Assembly: GCA_045837725.1 (NCBI GenBank)
Contig: JBEWZL010000109.1
Location: forward strand, 62,001-126,000
Origin: Vermamoeba vermiformis
Lineage: Eukaryota
Length of the DNA stretch: 64,000 nt
Reading direction: 5' to 3'
Under the pieces are notes generated by a model. It worked only from the letters and a program-made list of their open reading frames with translations. It ran no database searches and had not been told where the DNA came from. A program made the translations under genes and the position numbers. Below, one piece after another: positions 12,459 through 24,557 of this stretch. Numbering within the stretch: position 1 is the stretch's first letter; the number at the start of each line of letters is the position of its first letter.

Positions 12459-13148
12459 CTACAATTTAATTAAGAAAATAACACCCTTCGATCGCCTAAC
12501 GTAAGACTTATTTCGTTACTTTATATAATATAGATCCATATTAATACTCGCAATGTAGGGTGATCACCCATTTAGATCCGTAGACCTAAAAAAAAAAGTA
12601 TACGTCTGTTATATTGGCAGCTCTTATGTAACTTACGTGCAACTGATGCAAGTTACGCGATATAATGGACGTATAACGTTGAAAATACTTGTTCTTAACT
12701 ACGCCTCTGTCACTTCAAAAAGAAGTACCCTTTGGCGTCAAAGGTTTCGATGTTGAACTTTTTTAGGTCTACCTGTAATTTATTAGTGGAGAAGCTAAAT
12801 TTTAACCACGCAAATGTTCATAGAGTCAAATAAATATCACTTAACTATAATTTGTGACCTCGTTGACTCTGTTACGTGACGCTTGTCAGGATCCAGATCG
12901 CCACTGCATTCGAGTATCTGAAACGCATCATGTTACTCTACCAAAACCTGAGGAGTTTCCGCGTGGATTTGTGTACTCTTTTAGTTTACAACTGTGGCGG
13001 CGGATAGTGCACCTTATTTGGCTTGGGTGTCATAAATTGACATGTTGCAAAACGAAAATCTTTCAAAACTTGAACCATTATTTTCCAATTAAAAACGATT
13101 AGACCACAAGCAGCGTATTGCTGGCTTAGTATATACGTGTTCTTGGTT

Positions 13149-14209
13149 ATGGTCCTTGAAGACATTCTCTGTGAAGCGTCGGCCGTCGTTTGGCTTGCTC
13201 ATCTGCTCTTTTTGATCAAAGAAGCCGGCTTTACGTACCTGAACAAACACGAAGGAAGGCACCTTTATGAATCATTTCAAAAGTAAGTTAATGATATCGC
13301 CTCCTATCAATTTCGAATTTGTTGCTAATCCGAAAATTAATTATTTCAAGGGCTATGCGGGCTCACGATATTAGCAGCTTCACCATACCTACTGCTGAAG
13401 GTGATATCATCACGATTTTTAAGTTAAGGAGTACAGAAACTCCAGGTAGCCTGGCATCTACCCTGGCAGGTAAGTACTCTCGCGACTGAAAGTGACTGTT
13501 TCTAATTCGCGCAGATATTGCTAGGAATGTCACGCCTCTGATCGACGAATGGCCTCCCGAAAGTGTTGGCCCGAAGTACCTGAAGCAACTATTGTCGTGT
13601 GCCACCCTACCTGACGGACCATTTGTCGGCCCTCACATCTTTCCTACGAAAGAAGAATTACGAACACGTCATTCAAAGTACATGAATCTACCGACAAATT
13701 CATCTACGGCTTACAACATCACTACAACACATTATGCCACGGCCCATGGGTGCCTGTCGAACAAGCCTCTGGATTCAAAGATGGTTTCGGCCAGCCAAAG
13801 GACTCAAACGTACTTGCCTTGGGATCCTTCGACTATTCGACACTCACTTGCGTTAGACGAGGACATTGCGGAACTTACTTCTCTTGTCAATGATGTGCCT
13901 TCCTCAATGGGCCTGGAACTGGACATTGACGCAATGATCACCGAGCTCCAAGCAAATCCGAGCTGCGAGCCCAAGCCACCGTACTTGCCTTTCCACTACA
14001 AGGAATGCAACGTTGAATGCTACCCCAGGATTGAACAACAAATGCAGGTGATACCACTCGCATCCGCGACATTTCAACTGCCTCAGATGGAAGTCGAGAG
14101 ATATGGCTTCTATACATATACGCCACCTGTCCTACCGGTATCTTTGGATATCAACAAGACGCTCTCGAGCTTTGGCCTCAACAGAGGTTATGGATACTAT
14201 AATTGTTAG
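13149..14209 (+). CDS. Hypothetical protein, 3 exons; N-terminal domain resembles that of the gene at 15140
   Basis: Phase-compatible GTAAG introns at ~13283-13350 and ~13470-13514 join MVLEDILCEASAVVWL... to ORF 13592-14209; start codon uncertain. Confidence 0.6.
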
Positions 14210-14369
14210 CTAATGACCGAGCTAATCGTAAGTCACTCGTACAGTTTAAAAATTGAGCTAACCATCATATTTCTTAGAACAAATCGGTCACCTAGTATAG
14301 ATAAACTGCAGCAACTTTTTACTGCGAGAACGAAGAATACGTCTTACTTCATCGCCTTGGCTGATTTTT

Positions 14370-14614
14370 GTGAGGCGACTGTATCTTGGTTTTGCTGACA
14401 AGGAGGAAGAGGAGCCTTGGGTCAGGCGCCACTACCGGGGAGGCGGGCGGAGTGAAGTCTCGTTGTTGCTGTGCTTCGCTGAAGAGCTAAGACCTAGCTT
14501 TTTGGTGTTGTGCGGTGATGACGAGGCTTTACTCCGCCCGCCTCCCCGGTAGTGGCGCCTGACCCAAGGCTCCTCTTCCTCCTTGTCAGCAAAACCAAGA
14601 TACAGTCGCCTCAC
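14370..14614 (+). ncRNA. Long hairpin RNA (hpRNA / pre-miRNA-like inverted repeat)
   Basis: 14370-14453 is the exact reverse complement of 14531-14614 (84 bp). The inner 36 bp (14454-14489 with 14495-14530) has 21 Watson-Crick pairs, 13 G-U, 2 U-U and no indels. 5-nt loop AGACC. Confidence 0.75.
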
Positions 14615-15139
14615 GATTATTGGACTGAGGGCCGATGCGGTGGACCTATAGCGTCGAAACATTGCCCACGAATGCAACAGAAGCAACAAAACAGCTGAAG
14701 TTGTGTTAGAGTATGCCCCTTACGAATTCATTATGTTTCGATGTCTTCCAACTTGTAGTATTTTCATTACATAAACACACATTTTTCATTAAGAACACAC
14801 CACTTTTCTGCCCGAGACTAATGAAGCGAATGAAAAACGCATTCAGCCTATAAATTCATATGCAATTGCATTAGCGCAGTAAGTCAGCGGAGCAAGTACC
14901 GAAGAGAAATTTTGGTGACTCTTTGACACTAAAAGGCACTAGCTGAGGACCACTTTAGGTTCGCGTTGAACCTGATTCTAGACATGGACGTGTGCAAGCA
15001 TTGATGTATTAAGGATTAACATTCAGCGCAGCATTTTTGCGCAAGAAAAAATCCGTGGATTAAACTCACGACAAAAGCGAAAAATAGCGAAACCAAACCA
15101 CTTTTCAGCCAACAAAGATAGAACACAACAAATATCTTC

Positions 15140-16425
15140 ATGTCTGATAGTTTGGTTTCGGAGCCCAAAACCTCCGATTCAGATTTGGCCTCAAAGCACC
15201 CTGACATCTGGGACGAGGATGCTCTTGTTTGGTTGGATAACTCCAGCTGGGTATTCTTACTCAAGAAGGACGGCATTAATGCAGAAATTAAGAAGAACAA
15301 ATATGACACCTTCCGACACAAGTAAGTTCCAATTCAAATTCGACACTTTTTTCAATCCAGCAATTTAATTATTAATTAATTATTAAGGCACATGAAACCA
15401 ATCGGAATTAAATTAATGAAGGTGCCTCATAAGAAAAATAAGAACAAGTACACTACTTGCTGCGTAATTGAATCCGCTCCGGAAGCAAAACCAACAAAGG
15501 GCCTGAAAAACCGACTGGAAACAATGCTGGCAAGCCATGAGGATCGTGATAATAATCCTCTGGATGTATACATTGCCCCTGATCGCTTTCAAGACCCGAA
15601 TGATGACATTTCTGACCGGGTTGCTGATTCGGTGCGGATTTTGTTTGACTGGCTCGCAGGGAAGGAAGAAACCCCAAATCTTCGTAAGTACTCAGAGTAA
15701 TTATCTAGTACCACATTCAATAACTAATTGGTGCAGGGCGTGCTCGAGAGCTCTTATTCCAGTTCCTGCAACAACTACGAGATGAGAAGCCCTTCTCTGA
15801 CCTCCCTGATCCAACGAAAGAGCTTCGTGCCGTTGACACTCCCTCGCCATCCAGCCAAGAAGAGGGCAGCGTCACAAATGAAGTGGAGCCAGTGGCGAAG
15901 CAGGAATCGCAACCGGATCTGACCGAACCTCCTGTCTTACCCTCTGCTGCTCTCAATGATACTCAACACCCTGGCTCGAGTGACCGCTCCTCGACTTGGC
16001 CTGCACAACAATCAGTTGCCCTCAACACCAGTGCTAGTGACGGTGCTGCAGAGGTGGAAGTGCACGATCAAGGTGACAGTTCGCTTCACGTGTCGGCGAC
16101 AGAGGCGAGTGATGAAGCTGATCAGCCGCCTAGAAAGAAGCGCCGACTTGGTGACAAACAAGACCCAGAACAGACTAAGAACGATGCTGCCGCTGAGGAC
16201 TCTCAGCTTGTTGTCACTGAGGGCACGACCTCTCAGCCTGCCAGCGATATGGAGCTTTCACCCTGTCACTCGCAGTCACCATCGATTCGTGAGCCCCGCT
16301 CTCCTGATAATGGCTTCCCAGCTGGCGCTTTCAAGTTCAATTTCGACAACAACACTAACGCAATCTCACAACAACTCACGGGTGATCATATCTATGATAT
16401 GTTTGTCCGTGGATTTGCAGATTAG
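15140..16425 (+). CDS. Hypothetical nuclear protein with N-terminal globular domain and S/P/E-rich tail; 3' end uncertain (may extend to ~16777)
   Basis: Exons ~15140-15321, 15388-15683, 15737-16425 in phase; NLS-like PPRKKRRL. Confidence 0.65.
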
Positions 16426-16960
16426 AAACTCTAAGAAACCCTTTAATACTTGGCCCCCTCTATACCCCGAATTTTCATCGTACGATAACATTCCCAATCC
16501 CTTCGACCCCGAGAGGCTTGTTGAGTTACCGTCAACTTCGCCTTCAGTCAACTTCATGATGAGTGCTACTTACACCCTAATGGAAGGAGATCAAAGCTCA
16601 CCAATGGACGTCGTTGTATCTTCGGATATTCCTGACCAAAATAGTTCGCACTCAGACTCTGAAAATGTGCAAAACGTAAGTCGGCAACAACCCTTCCTTC
16701 TGGATCTAACCGCTTTCTTTATAGTCCCACTATATTCATTAGCTCCCTTACTCACATCCGCCAACACCTTTCCATAAAAGCAGGAAAGAAGCGAAGTACT
16801 GCACTTTTCTTTTGGCGCCCTTATAATACTACGAAAGATCTGGTTCGTGTGTTATAAGGCAAATAATCCCTTGTAAATAAATCATTTAACTGCAATTTAA
16901 CTAAGACATTAATACCACCACCGATCCCAATCTCTAAGATCATACGATTAACTGAAGGAG

Positions 16961-18141
16961 ATGTTTCTCTGCAAGCGTCTGTCAATAATTATAAACAGAT
17001 CGAGGTGTTATACGGTATGAAAATAACAGCATGGATGTTAAATATAATAATAATTTACTTTTTTGAGTGGCGTTACGTAGTTGGCTGATCATAATAATAA
17101 AGCGGCTGACAGACCAATTTTTAGAAAATTTAGACACGTCGTTAATAATGATTAGTTATCATTAATACAGCTTATATTTATAGGCGCATCAGAGAAAATT
17201 ATCGAGCACTGTCAATAAAATTAACTGAAGCAAGTGGTGAAGAACGGATTCGATTAAAACGACGAGTACGCAACCATGTGAATCCATTCGCTAGTGCGCA
17301 TCAAGAGCCGTTCATGAGAGACAAGCCTTGGCCAGAGATATTTGAAGAGCCGTCAAAGCAGATCCATTTAGGTAATCGGACAGAAAGATCTGGACCTGCT
17401 TGCGAATCTTAGGGCTTACTTTCGTTAATAGACATTGGTTGTGCCAAAGGAGAGTATTTAGACGTGCTTGCTGCGGCTAGTCCTGACTGGTAAGTCGAGA
17501 TCCGACCGATTCTGTTGATAACTTTACTAACGATTAATGGATTGCAGGAACTTTATCGGCTTAGAAATACGCGAAGATTTAGTACCAAAAGCTAGAGCAC
17601 GAGGTAATAATATTATAGGGTTCATAAAAGAGATAAACTAATTTGGATCCAAATCTAGTGGCCAAAATGGAACGTCCTCTGCGCAACTTATACTTCCAAT
17701 ACGGCAATATTATGGTCGCAGATCAGTTTTTAGCTGATTTACCTGGCCCATTAGCTCGTGTATCAATTTTATTCCCGGATCCATGGTGGAAACGACGACA
17801 CGAGAAAAGACGCGTTGTACAGCACGATAATTTGAATATTTTGGCTAAATATATGGCATCTGGCAGTACATTGTATTTTGCTACTGGTAAGGACTCTATT
17901 CAGCCTCGTGTTCTGGCAATTTATTTTTCAATTCATTTTGATGCTCAATTAAATTTGTTTTGTAGACGTTGAAGAGACTTGGAATAATGGAATAGAAGTA
18001 CTAAATAGCAATACAAACTTTGAGTTAATACCTGGACGTAATTGGCAAACAGACTTTCCGGATGTACTCACCAGTTTTCATCGCTCGTTCTTGCAAAAGC
18101 AGATCAACTCTTGTGCATTCAAAAAGAAAGATAATAAATGA
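16961..18141 (+). CDS. trmB: Bacterial-type tRNA (guanine-N7)-methyltransferase TrmB, probably organellar
   Basis: RVRNHVNP, HLDIGCAKGEY, NFIGLEIR, VSILFPDPWWKRRHEKRRVV, LYFATDV; basic N-terminal extension MFLCKRLSIIINRSRR. Confidence 0.88.
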
Positions 18142-18166
18142 ACTACTGTCCATAGTAACATATTTA

Positions 18167-20260
18167 TTACACTTTTCTGAACTCAGAGTCGCTGTTCCAA
18201 GCCGGTACAATCGACGAGCCGACAATATTCGCCGCAACATCAAAAATCAACCTATTGACAATACATTAGCTTGTTATACGATAATAATATAAGAATATAG
18301 TGTACCTAACGTCGTCGACAGCGCCAGCCAAGTCCCAGCACCATTCGTCAGTCGGATCCAACACGATCTTGTCCTTGGGTTTGTGATAACACTGCGCAGT
18401 CCACTGTTGATTCTTGCTCAACAACCATTCGCGGCCTTTGGTCACGTGATCGAAGCCCTGGTTGATGAACAGAGCAGGCACACCAGCACGTGCAAAGTTG
18501 AAGTGATCACTGCGGTAGTACATTCCGTTCTCGGGCGTTGGATCCGGCTAGTTGCGAGCATTAGAATAAGACTATATATGATAGTACAATACGTACTTTG
18601 ACTTCGCGGTGTTGTCGGCTCGTAGCCCAATGGTGTGCCAACTGTTCGAGGTTATTCTGACCACTTCCATAAAAGGAAATGTCGTGAGTTTTGCCGAAGA
18701 TATTTATCAAATCGAAATTGAAGCAGGCCAAGCACTTTGAGAGGGGCAGAATAGGGAACTTAGTATAATAATCTGAGCCCAACAGTCCAAACTCTTCGAC
18801 AGTCGGCACTAAAATTAGCACTGAACGCAATCGCTGCGTGTCACGTGTCATGTTAGCCAAAGATATTTCCGAGTGGGACGTCATAGGGCCTTACCTTCTC
18901 TTTGGGCACCTTCAAGAATGCTTCGGCCAGGGCCAACAAAGCAGCGACACCAATGCCGTTGTCGCGCGCACCAGAACAGATCAACTCGCCGGGTGGCGGG
19001 TCTTGATCGGTCTCTTTGTTCACGCCAAAGTGGTCCCAATGCGCTGTGAACACCACGTGCTCGTCACTTTGGCCTTGAATCCACCCGACCGCATTGCGCG
19101 AGGTCAGTTCTGCAAGCTCATTGGACAGCGACAAGGAACAGGTCTGGTTCAGTGAAACAGCCTCAAAGTTCGCGTGATCAAGGGCACGTTTCTTAAGCTC
19201 TTCTAATGTGTATCCTGCGCGCTGGAAGATAGTTCTGGCGGTGTCTTCGGTGATCCAGCCTGTCACTGTCACGTGGCCTGATGATGACGTGCGCAGCTTG
19301 AAATTGGGCTTAGCTCTGCCGTCAGCCACAATACTCCTGTAACATGGTTATTATATTAATTATATCATATACTGTAGTGTTAATGTACCAAGGGTATCCA
19401 GCAGCACCAGTATTGTGTACAATGAAAATTGCTGCAGCTTCTTGTCGCACTGCTTCGTCGAACTAAATAGACCTTGAGTATTATGTGTATATAATGAATA
19501 TGATATATATGCCTACCTTGTATGTCCAACGACCGAAGTAAGTCATATTCTTGCCTTTGAAGAATGGTTTGGGCTCATTGGCGGTGTCGTAACCTGGATC
19601 ATTGACGAACACCACAATTGCTTTGCCTTTCACGCTCTATACATTGTTAGGACTATAATTATCGTGCATAATATTAATAATACCTTTTTGAAGTCGTTCC
19701 AGCCAAAAGGATCCGCTTTAATGCCGTATCCAGCGAACACAAGCTCGACGTCTTGCAGATGTGCCTCAGGAACAGCTGAAGAAGTGATCGCAGTGAATTC
19801 AGTAGAGTCTTTCAATTCTAAAGGGTCTTCAGTAGCGTTAGTGCGCTTTACAAACAGGTTGGTGCGTTTCTTAGGAGTGATTTTGACGAGAGGCACGCTT
19901 TGAACGAATCCTTCTTTTGGATCGGGTCCAGTGAGACCTAATTTCTTAAATTCATCTGACAAATATTGAATTGTTCTTTCTTCACCAATTGTGGCTGGAA
20001 ATCGTCCTAGAAAAATGAAAAGATTTTTCAATTTCAAACTGCTGCAAAATAAAAATCTGAAAACGGTCTGATTATTATAATAAGCAATTGAAAACGAAGA
20101 ATTATAGTCCTATAATCATTTAAAAATATTAAGCAATTGATTTCATACCTTGAAATTCATTGGACGCCAGAACTGTTGTATGACGAATTAAAACCTCAGC
20201 ATTAATAGCTTGCTCAGCCGTAGTGAGGTCTTCGTTCGTTAATAATAATCCGTCGCTCAT
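18167..20260 (-). CDS. M28 family metallopeptidase with PA domain, bacterial-like, multi-exon
   Basis: GRFPATIGE, LVFAGYGI, YFGRWTYK, FTAHWDHFG, GARDNGIG, EEFGLLGS, YYRSDHFNFARAGVP, CYHKPKD. Confidence 0.9.
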
Positions 20261-20368
20261 TACTACTGTGCTTTACGAGTAACAAAAGTAATTTTGGCTC
20301 TTGAGATTTTTACATCCGAACCTACGTGGCAGGAAATTTCAGTATTCGGTTCAAAATACAGTCCTGTT

Positions 20369-22739
20369 CTACATCATGTTATATTCATCAAATGATACAG
20401 TATCGTCTTCGTGGGGTTCTTCAGGATCTTCGTTTTCTTCAGCAGGCTTTGCCTCGTTTTCTTCGTACTGGTTTTCGAGCGGCAGACCATCCACTTTGAA
20501 CAGCTCTTTTAAGCCACGAATAGCAGCAGTTGTATTTAACCGCTTAATAGCCTCGCGCACTGTCAGGCCCTTGCTGCGGCACGTCAATATAATTTCTCCG
20601 CTGGCAATACTTCTCATTCGGCGGGCCAGATCTCGGTTGTTCAACTGCTTGCTGCCTTCCAATTCTTTTTCTATTTTAGCCACAGCCTTCTCAAATACTC
20701 CGAGGACCTTCTCGAACTGCGGACGAATATGTTGCAAAGAATCGGATTGATAGGCGTCGTTCTTGTCGTTATATACAATGGTCTCTAGTATATCTTTGGC
20801 GCGTGCTTCTGAGGTGAACATGAATTTGGCGAGCATTGAGCTCTTCTTGGAAATCAATTTGTAGCGCAGACCACTGTCTAGATCAACAACAATAACTCCG
20901 CGGGACTCGCACGGATCCAACTCACGCACGTGCAACAACACGTCGCTCATGCGGGCCAGTGGCAGCTGTTCGATGTGTGGCCAATCAGACGTGTCGTCGA
21001 GGGTCGCGGGAATGAAGTCCACGAGTGTTTTGACACTTTGAGCGCCTATGTAAAGCCGTTAGGACATTGCGTACATCACTAATCTAGGCTTACCTAAAAA
21101 GGTAATGCTGTCGTAGTATTCTTTGCCCGGGACTTTAAAGCGCGTAGTCTCGGTGATGGTTAAATCAAAGATGTACGACAAGTTCTTGTCACTCGGGAGT
21201 GTCAGATCTAGTTTCTTCCACACGGCCCAAAATCTATCCGCGACACTGCCTTCAACTTCAATGTTGTAGTATTGTTCTATAATGATATTAGCGCTGTTGA
21301 CGAGATAACGTTGACATACCTAGTGCCTTGGCTTCTCTTACAGACTTGGCCCAAACACGCCACGGATTGTAGCGGTACCTCAGCACTTCTTTTGCATTGA
21401 CACTCGCGTCAACAGAATTTCTCGTGCACAAGTGCCACGCATCGCCGTACCAGTACATCGTCACTCGCCAGCCATCTGCACAATGTGTGAGTATACACCA
21501 ATGTCGTATAATCATATTGCACGTACCTTTATAAGGATAGACTCGCATGTTGGAAATTCTTCCAGTTTTGTAAGTACGCTCAGCTTTGTACGGATAGCAC
21601 ACGACTTCATACTCTAGTTTGTCTCCTTCAGCCTTCGTCTCTTTGAGAATGAGCCCCTCACACTCTTCAACGGCAAAAATATGGGTTGGCGAATTGAATT
21701 CGTCCGAGGTTAATTGCAACAGTTCGGGGTATTTTGGATGACGCGTCACGGAGACCGACAAGTGCTGTAAATATATTAGTATTATGTTTAAATACTAACA
21801 TTAATATTGCGTACCTTGAGAAGGTTTTTAACGCCGTACAATTTGATGAACTCTAATACGGCCAATTTTTTGTCGTATTGAGGAGGCTTGCCGAGTGGGA
21901 ATAAGAGATCTTGTTCGACATTAATGAACGACGGAATTACATCGTAAATTGAGTCGTATTCGCGCAATGTATCGTCAATTACTGGCTTGTACTTGGAACA
22001 ATAGTACTGCCAATCTGTTTCCTCGCAATCAACAATCTCCTCGAAGACGTCGTTGGTCTTGGTAAAGTCAATGTGATCAGCTGTGAATAAATCTACGGCC
22101 AGTCTGCTGTAACGAATCATGTGCGCGACAATTTTCCTCGACGTCTTTGGCTTAGTGTTCCAAAGGTGCAACGCCTTCCTCCACTTGAAGTCAAAGTCTC
22201 TGCGCAAGAGCTTGCCAAAGGCATAATGTTCTGGTTCTTTGATGTGGTCGCGAAGGTTAATGGTCTCGATCCACTTGGCTTCTTTGGGGTAGTACGGAAT
22301 AAAAATTAACCACACGACTTGTTGCTTCAATAAATCGATAAAATAATCTGCATGATATATATTGACTTCTGCACGAGAAATAGGCACTAATTGACCGCCC
22401 ACAAAGTACGGGCCTGTCAGTAGCATCATCAGATCGAAATCCGAGTCAGGTCGAGCGCAATTATGCAATCTAGAACCTAAATAATTTGCAATTAATATTT
22501 TATGAGATATTTAGCCACAAAAGCACGAGAGAAAGGAAACGTTGTCTTTTTTCTCGATCGATTCTTATTTTCGATTTATATTTTTAATTCGGTGACCATT
22601 CTAACACATCGGATACAATATTAAACGTTTAGATCTTACCAAATAAATACAAATTTGCCACTTTATGATTTGGAAACTGTTTGGCAACTTCATCCAAAAC
22701 TTCTTTCTCTAGCTCTGTATCATGAACACAAGTCGACAT
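20369..22739 (-). CDS. Pol-beta-superfamily nucleotidyltransferase fused to a T4 Rnl1-like RNA ligase domain
   Basis: N-terminal LYLF|GSRLHNCARPDSDFD; C-terminal RHPKYPELLQL, EECEGLIL, VVCYPY, VYPYK|DGWRVTMYWYGDAWHLCT, SYIFDL, SRGVIVVD, RYKL. Confidence 0.7.
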
Positions 22740-22941
22740 CTTATACAATAATAATACAAAAAATATACAAGTGTGTTCGCTCGGAAGGTCAAGTTTATGC
22801 AAATAATTTTGCGGCGTTCGGTTAGACCGACATTTAGTTTTCCTCCCACGCACAACTACACGACCCAAACAAAGTATAGTAGCAATTTCTACAACTCTGG
22901 ATACCCCCGTTTATATTGTACTTCAATTGGCGTCAAAAAGA

Positions 22942-24387
22942 CTACCTGGTGCGCATGAACAGTTGTGTCAAGTACCACTTTCCAGCACTGTTTCGATACA
23001 CGCCGATACCACAATACTCGTGTGAAGCTAGTAGATTCCTTCTATGACCTTCATCAGTAGGTTAGCATTAACGACTTAGAACACGATGAATACCATACCA
23101 GGGGAGTTGATCCAGCCGTCGACTGCCGTTCGAGCGACATTCGAGTGCCCCACATTCATTGCTAAGTTTTCAGCAGCACTCATTGCTGGTTCTATTGTTA
23201 GTACACAATTAATCTGAGCGCTGTGTACGTACGACTAGGCATCTGTTTGACACGATCATTGAACCCTTGGTGACTGAACGGCACTTTACCTTCACCCATG
23301 TCTGATTTGACAGTCAACATGTTAGTACGAGTGACATAATATAAGTATTATTACCTTTGCTATGTACGAGACCAATGTTTGCGAGTGTTTGGTGCCACTT
23401 GAGAGGCGGTAGCTTATGGGCCTCGCGAAATTTGTTCGTGTACTCGAGGGCCAGTCTACCAATCTCATCTGCATCTTTAGAGTTCTCATTAAGCTTCTTA
23501 TTACCACCTATCCATCCTCCTGCCTTAGTTTCTTCTTCAAACTTAGCTTTGTTGCTCAAGTCATTGATAGTCCAGACTTGCTTTTGCTCGAGGCTGTTGC
23601 AAGATGAGCTGATACATTTAAACCGCTAGTTTGCAATTCACTTACTTATTGTTTCGCCATTTTTCTTTGTGGCGTCTACGAGCTTCGTTCAGTTGTCCGT
23701 AAATGTTCATTTGAGGTAAAATAGGCTTCGAAGTGTCGCGTGGCTTCGATGGATTACCACTTCGTTGCTGTTTATAGCGCTGCTCTTGTAGCTTTCGAAT
23801 ATCTTTCAGCTGACTCTGCATCGTGTCATTCTTCGTCTCGTTGACTGGCGTTGACGTATTGTCCATAGCTTTGAAAAAGTTAGACCAGCAACGTAATTAT
23901 GACTCAATAACTCGCGTACCTTTCTGCTGGTCTATTCTACTTTGATGTATATCCGCTATATGCTTGTTAGGATTGTATTGCTCGCGTAATTCTTGCTCGT
24001 ACAATTGCATGGCGAGTTTGAAGTCCTGTCAAATTTTGAGTCATTAATTAGAAATAATTATTGTGAGCTTACATCATCTTCCACGGCTTTGTCATTTCCC
24101 CAACGGATAGGCTCATATGACACTAGGTCGATCTCTATTTTTTCGGATTTTTTCTCTGGTGCTGGATGGCAATCCTGTGAATTCATTAACTCGTTGATTA
24201 CATGGTCCACAGTTTGATTCGTGTCAAGAGCACTATCAACGATACATGTCAGACAGTCAAACAACCGAATAGTATGGGTTAGTGCTCACATCTGAAGTCG
24301 CTTTTGAAGATCTGCCACTGGTACACCCGGAAGCACCTCTGTTAAAAACTGAAGCTTGGCTTCAAAGTCTTCATTTATGGCGGCCAT
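22942..24387 (-). CDS. CAP/SCP-domain protein (bacterial YkwD-type) with N-terminal CUE-like and MIU/UIM-like motifs
   Basis: C-terminal TNKFREAHKLPPLKW, HSKDM, FSHQGF, AENLA, VDGWINSPGHRRNLL, CGIGVY, YLTQLF; N-terminal KLQFLTEVLPGVP and DDFKLAMQL. Confidence 0.8.
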
Positions 24388-24557
24388 GGTGCCATTTGCC
24401 TACCATGATTGGAATAATCAAGTTTCAGTTTGGCGCTTGTTGCACGAGATAGCGGGAGATTTAGCCTCGTTAATTAGCTGTGTATGTTTTGGAATTACAA
24501 CGGTTTTATTTTGATTACCATTTTTTGAACAAATACCACTAAAGAAGTCTTGCTTCA

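Noticed and set aside
14370-14689. ORFs 14370-14552 (+) and 14432-14689 (-) sharing RRLYLGFADKEEEEPWVRRHY
   Set aside because: The shared peptide is just the inverted repeat read on both strands; there is no independent coding evidence.
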